IMG/VR virus record: IMGVR_UViG_3300033074_000961
Length of the DNA stretch: 11,759 bases
Origin: a virus
Taxonomy: Duplodnaviria; Heunggongvirae; Uroviricota; Caudoviricetes
Direction: 5' to 3' (one strand)
The translations under genes were made by a program, and so were the position numbers. Below the pieces are notes generated by a model. The model did no database searches and was not told the DNA's origin. It saw only the letters and a program-made list of their open reading frames with translations. Every line of letters starts with the position of its first letter. Positions within the stretch are counted from its first letter, which is position 1. Of the stretch, positions 6,761 to 11,759 are shown piece by piece.

Positions 6761-7303
6761 TTATGCTGTGCCTGCTTCGCCTTCTTTGTCGTCGCCACGT
6801 ACCCAAGTAAGGGCGTTATTGAAGTCATCTTCCCACATGCGGAGAGCCGATACCATGAGCAATCCGTCGCCGTTTTGATTGCCAAGGTGATAAGTATCCT
6901 CAGCCGCTTTGATGGCGGTGTGGTAAATGCGATTCTTCATCTTATCCTTACTGGCAGCAACGGACTTCACGAAAGCAAACCAGATAGGAGTGCCTTGGTT
7001 GTTGGCAATAAGATGATAGAGCATTGTCCCAAGAGGGCAGTCCATACACTTACGCATGTAGGAATGTAAACCCTGTGAGAGATTGGCTTCCTTATTGGAA
7101 AGGTCGGGGGTCGGAACCATCTTACCACGAAACTCTTTCAGATACCTTTCGGCAGAGTCAACGTGGCGAAGGACTTCCCAAAGAGAACGACCAGTAACAC
7201 CCTCGGCAAGTTCCTTGAGTGCCCACCCATATTCAAGCATTTCGTAACGAGTGGGTTCTTTCTCGTTTAGCTTCTTATACAATTCATCAGTGGTGTGGCT
7301 CAT
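6761..7303 (-). CDS. Hypothetical protein (180 aa)
   Basis: ORF track; fills the gap between neighbours, ends 6 nt before the Rnl2-type start; no recognisable motif. Confidence 0.75.
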   Translation of the reverse strand: MSHTTDELYKKLNEKEPTRYEMLEYGWALKELAEGVTGRSLWEVLRHVDSAERYLKEFRGKMVPTPDLSNKEANLSQGLHSYMRKCMDCPLGTMLYHLIANNQGTPIWFAFVKSVAASKDKMKNRIYHTAIKAAEDTYHLGNQNGDGLLMVSALRMWEDDFNNALTWVRGDDKEGEAGTA

Positions 7304-7613
7304 GGTGTTTCCTATGGTGTCTTGGCTCTTGTATCAAAATAACAATCGGTGGACGATTGGATATGGCAGCAACTATCCTATCCACCTGTGCTCTGGTAAA
7401 TTCTTGGTCACGCTTTAGGATTCGAATCTCTTCTGCTTTCACTGCAATCTTCTCAAGGTCTTGGTCACGCCAAACGTCTATACACATGTGGTAGTAACCA
7501 AGACAGAAAGCAGTAAAAACACCAAGACCAATGGTCCAGTTACGAGCAAAGCGAAGATAGTACTTCACATTATGCAATTCTGGTTTCTTCGATTCGTCAA
7601 GTAAAGGATTCAT
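7287..7613 (-). CDS. Hypothetical membrane protein (one TM helix, then short coiled coil)
   Basis: WTIGLGVFTAFCLGYYHMCI hydrophobic segment, then LEKIAVKAEEIRILKRDQE; overlaps the next gene by 17 nt. Confidence 0.65.
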   Translation of the reverse strand: MNPLLDESKKPELHNVKYYLRFARNWTIGLGVFTAFCLGYYHMCIDVWRDQDLEKIAVKAEEIRILKRDQEFTRAQVDRIVAAISNRPPIVILIQEPRHHRKHHEPHH

Positions 7614-7720
7614 GGTATTACATATTTACTCCACAAAACGATAGCAACAATGAGCAACAATACAAACATTGCCCATCGGATGATAGATTGTATCATGTAT
7701 CGTTTCCACGGCGGCATCAT
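7610..7720 (-). CDS. Small single-TM protein (36 aa)
   Basis: Hand translation: MMPPWKRYMIQSIIRWAMFVLLLIVAIVLWSKYVIP. Start overlaps the Rnl1-type stop (7717-7720) and its stop overlaps the next ATG (7610-7613). Confidence 0.7.
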   Translation of the reverse strand: MMPPWKRYMIQSIIRWAMFVLLLIVAIVLWSKYVIP

Positions 7721-8835
7721 TTCAACACTTGGTAGAGTAGCTTTTTACGGTCATCCGCAGCGAGAGTTTTGCCATCAAGCAGCTTGAAGACAAAAGACGC
7801 TCGGTTGGTGTTGCCGTAAGACGCAATTACAAGTTGTGCCTGTTCACGTCGGGTCGGTAGAGGCTTGAGCTTTTCGTCAACAAACTTCTGCATACCCGCA
7901 ATAATTTGATTCACGCCCTTGACTGCATCGCAAATCTTAGACGCTTCACCACGGATTTGTTGCCATAACTCAAAGTCAAACTGATTGGTGATGAATTCCT
8001 CAAACTTTTGGTAAGAGGGTTCACCTTGCTCGTAGTACACATCAACCACCTTGTCGAAAGATGCCAAAGCCTCCTTCATGCGGTGGAGGGCGAGATACCA
8101 CAGACCCTTGACCTTGTGAATGGATTGCTGGTCCTTGCCAGAATAAACGCACACGCCTTCCTTGCCCTTCCATTGCTCAACATTCTGCATGAGAGCTTCA
8201 ACAGAAGGGAAAGTATAGGTAGGTGGACGCTCCAATCCAATGTTCTCTGCCAACCAGTTTAATCGGTCTTGGGTCGCAATGCTGTAGTTCTCGTGTCCAA
8301 CAAGACCCACGAGATACCACTTGGGCTGGTCGCCATAGTTTAAGATAATGCGCTGATTCGGGGACACCCACTCAAAGAGCAGGGAAGAGTCCCAACATCC
8401 AACGTGGATATTACGTCCCGATTGAGACCAGAACGCATCCAACTTCGGAAGGATTTCATTTCGGAAAATCTCAAGCTCCCAACCGTTGTCCAGCTTGAAC
8501 GCATCCACGGTTCCACGAGTACGTAGAATGAAATGGTTAAGCCACTTGGAAACAATGAGCAGCGAACCGTCAACCTTCTCAACGATGGTCGCACCATTGA
8601 GAGAAGTCGGCACAGGGAAGTTATCGGGGTTCTCGCCCCAATTGGTGAACTTGGGGAAACCCGCAGACACGAGAGCACCATCCGAATCCCATACCGAGGA
8701 ACGGAAAATCTTGTTCGCCTGAGTCCACTTGCAACCGATATGTTGCGGTTGCACGAGGTACAGGGTTTGACCATCAACTACATGGGGATGAACCATGAAT
8801 TGCTCTTGGTCAATAGCGTTTAAGTCAATCTTCAT
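7717..8835 (-). CDS. RNA ligase, T4 Rnl1 (RnlA)-like family
   Basis: GFPKFTNWGE, motif I IVEKVDGSL, Ia FILRTRG, III LLFEWVSPNQRIILNY, IV KEGVCVY and V HKVKGLWYLALH, then a helical C-terminal domain. Confidence 0.85.
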   Translation of the reverse strand: MKIDLNAIDQEQFMVHPHVVDGQTLYLVQPQHIGCKWTQANKIFRSSVWDSDGALVSAGFPKFTNWGENPDNFPVPTSLNGATIVEKVDGSLLIVSKWLNHFILRTRGTVDAFKLDNGWELEIFRNEILPKLDAFWSQSGRNIHVGCWDSSLLFEWVSPNQRIILNYGDQPKWYLVGLVGHENYSIATQDRLNWLAENIGLERPPTYTFPSVEALMQNVEQWKGKEGVCVYSGKDQQSIHKVKGLWYLALHRMKEALASFDKVVDVYYEQGEPSYQKFEEFITNQFDFELWQQIRGEASKICDAVKGVNQIIAGMQKFVDEKLKPLPTRREQAQLVIASYGNTNRASFVFKLLDGKTLAADDRKKLLYQVLK

Positions 8836-8844
8836 AGTCCTAAC

Positions 8845-8872
8845 ATCTTACCACACCCCTAGAAAAAGTCAA
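8845..8872 (-). promoter_or_regulatory. sigma70-like promoter TTGACT-N16-TAAGAT for the RNA ligase operon
   Basis: TTGACTTTTTCTAGGGGTGTGGTAAGAT, 9 nt before ATG 8835; the -35 contains the TGA stop of the 8869-9168 gene. Confidence 0.75.
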
Positions 8873-9168
8873 TAGGGAAGTTGAAGAATGAATATGTGAA
8901 GGAATGCCACAAACAGATAGGCGAAAAACACAATGATTACCAATGGTTTGCCCCACAATCGCTCCCACAGAATCGGGATATACGCTGCGAAGATTGACCC
9001 CAATCCTATCTTTATTGCCCACACTGGTATCCACCCACTCGTTTCAATGACGGTCTTCATCAGAGGGTTTCCCTCTCCCGTCATATTGGCAGCAATGATG
9101 GACTGCGTAGCAATAGTATCCCAAACACACAACAAGACAATCAACACTTGCCAGTGCCACGCTTTCAT
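8869..9168 (-). CDS. Small multi-pass membrane protein, DUF5658-like
   Basis: WDTIATQSII...GEGNPLM motif between TM segments, with three hydrophobic helices; family assignment is from recalled pattern only. Confidence 0.65.
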   Translation of the reverse strand: MKAWHWQVLIVLLCVWDTIATQSIIAANMTGEGNPLMKTVIETSGWIPVWAIKIGLGSIFAAYIPILWERLWGKPLVIIVFFAYLFVAFLHIFILQLPY

Positions 9169-9542
9169 CGCCGAATGTCCTCTTTTTGCACCAGCTTGAT
9201 TTTCTGGAATGATGTAGGAATCATGGCAATCTCTCGGCAGCCACGCTGTTCATCGCTCCATCCAATTTCAATACCTTTTTCGTCGTGCCGAAGCAGAATG
9301 TCAACACGAACGCCATCACGGAGCACGCTCATTTTGTTGGTCTGAATGAACTTCCGCATGAACTTGGGTGAACCCTCACCGATACAAACCAAGTCATCAA
9401 TGAAGAACTCGGCGGGAGTTTGGGTATCGGTGTACTCCTTCAATGTGCGCTCCGAGACCACCATGCGGCGGTCAAGGTCTTTGATATATTCTTGTGCCCA
9501 CTTAGGCAACTTTTCAAGTTGTTCGGGTGTTGGTATATTCAT
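9165..9542 (-). CDS. Hypothetical phage protein (N-terminal LPKWAQ motif)
   Basis: ORF track; ATGA overlaps at both ends (9165-9168, 9539-9542). Confidence 0.75.
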   Translation of the reverse strand: MNIPTPEQLEKLPKWAQEYIKDLDRRMVVSERTLKEYTDTQTPAEFFIDDLVCIGEGSPKFMRKFIQTNKMSVLRDGVRVDILLRHDEKGIEIGWSDEQRGCREIAMIPTSFQKIKLVQKEDIRR

Positions 9543-9859
9543 ATCAGTTTCACAGCGTTAGCAAACATTGTTCCATCGGGGACAAAAGACCCAAGTGTGT
9601 GCTCCCGCAGTTCACGCACCTTACAGCGGAAGATGCGGAACTTCTGTCCATGAGATACACGGTCACTCAAAAACTCGGGGATGTATCTCCTAGCATTGGT
9701 ACGAGTATTGAATACGAATAGAAATGGATTGCTATTCTTGTGGGGGGTTGCCCACTTACGTCGGTGGTAACGCACCTTCCCCTCTCCGGTCCACACGGAA
9801 CTATTTAGTGTGCCATCGGGATAGACTTGCACTACTTTCCATGCCAGCGTTCCATTCAT
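9539..9859 (-). CDS. Hypothetical protein (106 aa)
   Basis: ORF track; coupled to neighbours (4-nt gap upstream, ATGA overlap downstream). Confidence 0.7.
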   Translation of the reverse strand: MNGTLAWKVVQVYPDGTLNSSVWTGEGKVRYHRRKWATPHKNSNPFLFVFNTRTNARRYIPEFLSDRVSHGQKFRIFRCKVRELREHTLGSFVPDGTMFANAVKLI

Positions 9860-9863
9860 ATTC

Positions 9864-10175
9864 TTATACCTTTGTGAGGCAGCGGTAGTTGCCAGTGCGG
9901 AGTATGGCCTTGTACTGTTTCACTGCACAGCGGACAGCACAACTCAGGTACTTGTAGGGTCGCCGATTCACACGGGCGAGAGCACTGGTGCTACTAATGA
10001 CGTTGTATGCCGGTCCTCGAACTGCCACGATTTGCACGGTAGCGGTCTGAATGCCGTTAAGATGACTGAGAGACATCGCAATCGGAGTGCGTTTCTCTTG
10101 AAGTGCTTTGATTTCTGCGGCGGTCAGAGTTCCCTCGGACAGCTTTTCCCACGAGATTGCTTTTTTGGTTTTCAT
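9864..10175 (-). CDS. Hypothetical basic protein (103 aa)
   Basis: ORF track; TAATG overlap with the upstream stop at 10175. Confidence 0.7.
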   Translation of the reverse strand: MKTKKAISWEKLSEGTLTAAEIKALQEKRTPIAMSLSHLNGIQTATVQIVAVRGPAYNVISSTSALARVNRRPYKYLSCAVRCAVKQYKAILRTGNYRCLTKV

Positions 10176-10582
10176 TATGAATGTAGTTTTTCGAGAGTTT
10201 CATTCCACCGACAATGCGCCTCGGCGGTATGGCGATTGACGACGTATTGAGTCTTATCCCGACTCAACCCCACGGCGTCAGAAAAGTAATGGTCGCACAG
10301 CGGAATCCATTCTACAACAACATCATTTTTGCGGACCTTTGTAACGATGTAGCTGGCAGAACCATCCGCAACCCCGAATGAGAGGGTGCGTCCAACACAG
10401 AGACCGGGACCAGCCGCCTTATCAATAGCAGCCAGTTCGGCATACATTTCGTTCTCTTCCTTTGTCCATTCCTCGAAGTTGATGCGATGATTGATGTCTT
10501 GCATCTTCTTGTAGGAAGCGTTTGCACGGGCAGCGAGTGCCATGATTCGTGCCATCAGTTTTCGGGTATCAGTTTCAATCAT
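10175..10582 (-). CDS. Hypothetical protein (135 aa)
   Basis: ORF track start GTG 10588; ATG 10582 (MIETDTRKLMARI...) is preferred, 6 nt after the -10 box. Confidence 0.75.
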   Translation of the reverse strand: MIETDTRKLMARIMALAARANASYKKMQDINHRINFEEWTKEENEMYAELAAIDKAAGPGLCVGRTLSFGVADGSASYIVTKVRKNDVVVEWIPLCDHYFSDAVGLSRDKTQYVVNRHTAEAHCRWNETLEKLHS

Positions 10583-10588
10583 GGACAC

Positions 10589-10617
10589 ACTCTACACCAA
10601 TACAACCTCTTTGTCAA
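10589..10617 (-). promoter_or_regulatory. sigma70-like promoter TTGACA-N17-TAGAGT embedded in the last codons of the HNH gene
   Basis: TTGACAAAGAGGTTGTATTGGTGTAGAGT; the TAG of the -10 is the HNH stop codon (10592-10594). Confidence 0.7.
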
Positions 10618-11023
10618 TGGGATTTTTTATACGCTGTAAGTTGTTGTTCTTACGAGCATTACATTCGCCACACGCAACTTGAAAGTTGGTGTAGTCGTTC
10701 CATTTTCCACCCTTCACGATTTCAACGATATGGTCAAGTGTTGCTTGATTTCGTTTGTCGGTCTTGAAAGGTTTTAGTCCCTTTCGTCCACAGATAGCAC
10801 AAGTAAGTCCACCTTTTTCGTCAAGGTTTTCCCGCATCTGTTTCTTCATCCACTTTGTCCTTAGACGAGTCATACGAAACTCGGAGTAAATATCTCTATC
10901 TAAGGTATAGTACTTCTTTGCCAGCAAAGCAAGAGAAGCGGGAGAAGTGGGGGGCGGGTCAGATATATGTACTACCTGAACCACCCACGTTAAACATTCC
11001 TTCTTACCTTTTGAACGAGTCAT
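10592..11023 (-). CDS. HNH endonuclease (HNHc type)
   Basis: CAICG...TLDHIVEIVKGG...NFQVACGECNARKNN: CxxC, DH, N, CxxCN. Confidence 0.9.
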   Translation of the reverse strand: MTRSKGKKECLTWVVQVVHISDPPPTSPASLALLAKKYYTLDRDIYSEFRMTRLRTKWMKKQMRENLDEKGGLTCAICGRKGLKPFKTDKRNQATLDHIVEIVKGGKWNDYTNFQVACGECNARKNNNLQRIKNPIDKEVVLV

Positions 11024-11204
11024 AAGGTTGTCTCATTGCTTTTTTGCCAGATAGATGAAACAATCCACAGAAGTCACAATGATACGCAGTGAAATACATT
11101 GGCGTGTGTCGGCGATTGCTTTCATTCGTCAATATCTCTCCACCACGTATGAGTGCTGCTTCATGAGTCTTGAATGCACGTTTCTTAGTTATCGCACAAA
11201 TCAT
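11004..11204 (-). CDS. Small putative zinc-binding phage protein (66 aa)
   Basis: MICAITKKRAFKTHEAAL...AYHCDFCGLFHLS: C...Y.CxxC...HL pattern; ATG 11204 is preferred over 11216, which overlaps the upstream stop. Confidence 0.7.
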   Translation of the reverse strand: MICAITKKRAFKTHEAALIRGGEILTNESNRRHTPMYFTAYHCDFCGLFHLSGKKAMRQPYDSFKR

Positions 11205-11212
11205 AACACATG

Positions 11213-11758
11213 TCAAGAGGCAGTTGAGAATGTCTTGTGAGCGGGTTGTGCCAGTCGCTTTCTCTGCTTCGGCATGACCCTGACATTGACGGGTTCCTTA
11301 TACGTACTGTCAATCTTCAATCCTTCAACTAGACGTGTCGAAGACGAGTGTGGATTCTCAAGGAACTTCTTGGTCATTTCGTCATAACCGACTGCCAAGT
11401 GCTGTTCCTCGTCAACCTTAACAAGAGTGATGTTGTGAGCAGCAAATGCTTCAATGAAGTCTTCTGCCGTCATCTTTTCCTTGGTTAAGAGAACGGGGAG
11501 AATCTGCTTGTAGAGCGACATGTATTTGTTGATCAAATCCACAGCACCCTTCTTCGCTTCAACAATCATGCGCTCGCATTCGTTATTGAAGTCCTCGGGG
11601 ACGATGTTGCGTCCATCCTTGAACTCTTGGGTAAGAGCGGAAGCATACTTCTCCCATCCCCAACGAGCAAGCATTGCCCATGCACGATTGGTTGCGTGAT
11701 GAATGTCTTGCTCCGCACCATTGCTAATCATATTGCTACCAAACACAATGGTCTCGGC
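11213..11758 (-). CDS. C-terminal part of an FtsH/peptidase M41-like protein (N-terminus outside the window)
   Basis: The frame is open to the window edge: AETIVFGSNMISNGAEQDIHHATNRAWAMLARWG resembles the M41 consensus AEExxFG..sTGAsnDi.rAT.iA..Mv..wG, followed by MIVEAKKGAVDLI...LLTKEKMTAEDF. HExxH and any AAA domain are not visible. Confidence 0.7.
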   Translation of the reverse strand, partial: AETIVFGSNMISNGAEQDIHHATNRAWAMLARWGWEKYASALTQEFKDGRNIVPEDFNNECERMIVEAKKGAVDLINKYMSLYKQILPVLLTKEKMTAEDFIEAFAAHNITLVKVDEEQHLAVGYDEMTKKFLENPHSSSTRLVEGLKIDSTYKEPVNVRVMPKQRKRLAQPAHKTFSTAS

Positions 11759-11759
11759 A

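Noticed and set aside
7287-7316. His-rich tail HHRKHHEPHH as a metal-binding motif
   Set aside because: Part of it overlaps the next gene's first codons (MSHTT) in another frame, so it may be a by-product of the overlap.
7287-7720. Two adjacent TM genes as a holin/spanin lysis cassette
   Set aside because: No endolysin nearby, no lipobox for an o-spanin, and they sit in a sigma70-type operon with RNA ligases.
11188-11216. TTGACA at the stop of the M41-like gene as a sixth promoter
   Set aside because: At 16-18 nt spacing there is no TAnnnT (GATAAC at 17), and the next ATG (11204) would lie inside the spacer.
1-11759. tRNA, rRNA, CRISPR array, intron or stop-codon reassignment
   Set aside because: Intergenic gaps are at most about 100 nt, no spaced direct repeats are visible, the recognisable enzymes are uninterrupted, and TAA, TAG and TGA all end plausible genes.

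Overview
This looks like a fragment of a large tailed dsDNA phage genome (inferred from gene content and density; no host genes, RNA genes or CRISPR array are visible). About 24 tightly packed CDS lie almost all on the minus strand. Recognisable products: a T4 Rnl1-type RNA ligase and an Rnl2-type RNA ligase at the two ends of one predicted five-gene operon; a Dam-family N6-adenine DNA methyltransferase followed by a class I SAM-dependent methyltransferase; two unrelated His-Me/HNH endonucleases; a LamG/ConA-like domain protein; a DUF5658-like membrane protein; and the C-terminal end of an FtsH/peptidase M41-like protein. Five ORFs missing from the supplied track were read by hand (1-393, 2688-2831, 3485-3664, 5664-5798, 7610-7720). 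The regulatory layout is unusually readable. Five sigma70-like promoters each overlap the stop codon of the upstream gene and sit 6-9 nt before an ATG, predicting leaderless or near-leaderless mRNA. A second motif, TATTTAT(A/G), sits 3-5 nt before three other start codons, in two cases next to inverted repeats. GATC is strongly depleted. All calls come from motif reading by eye; no searches were run.
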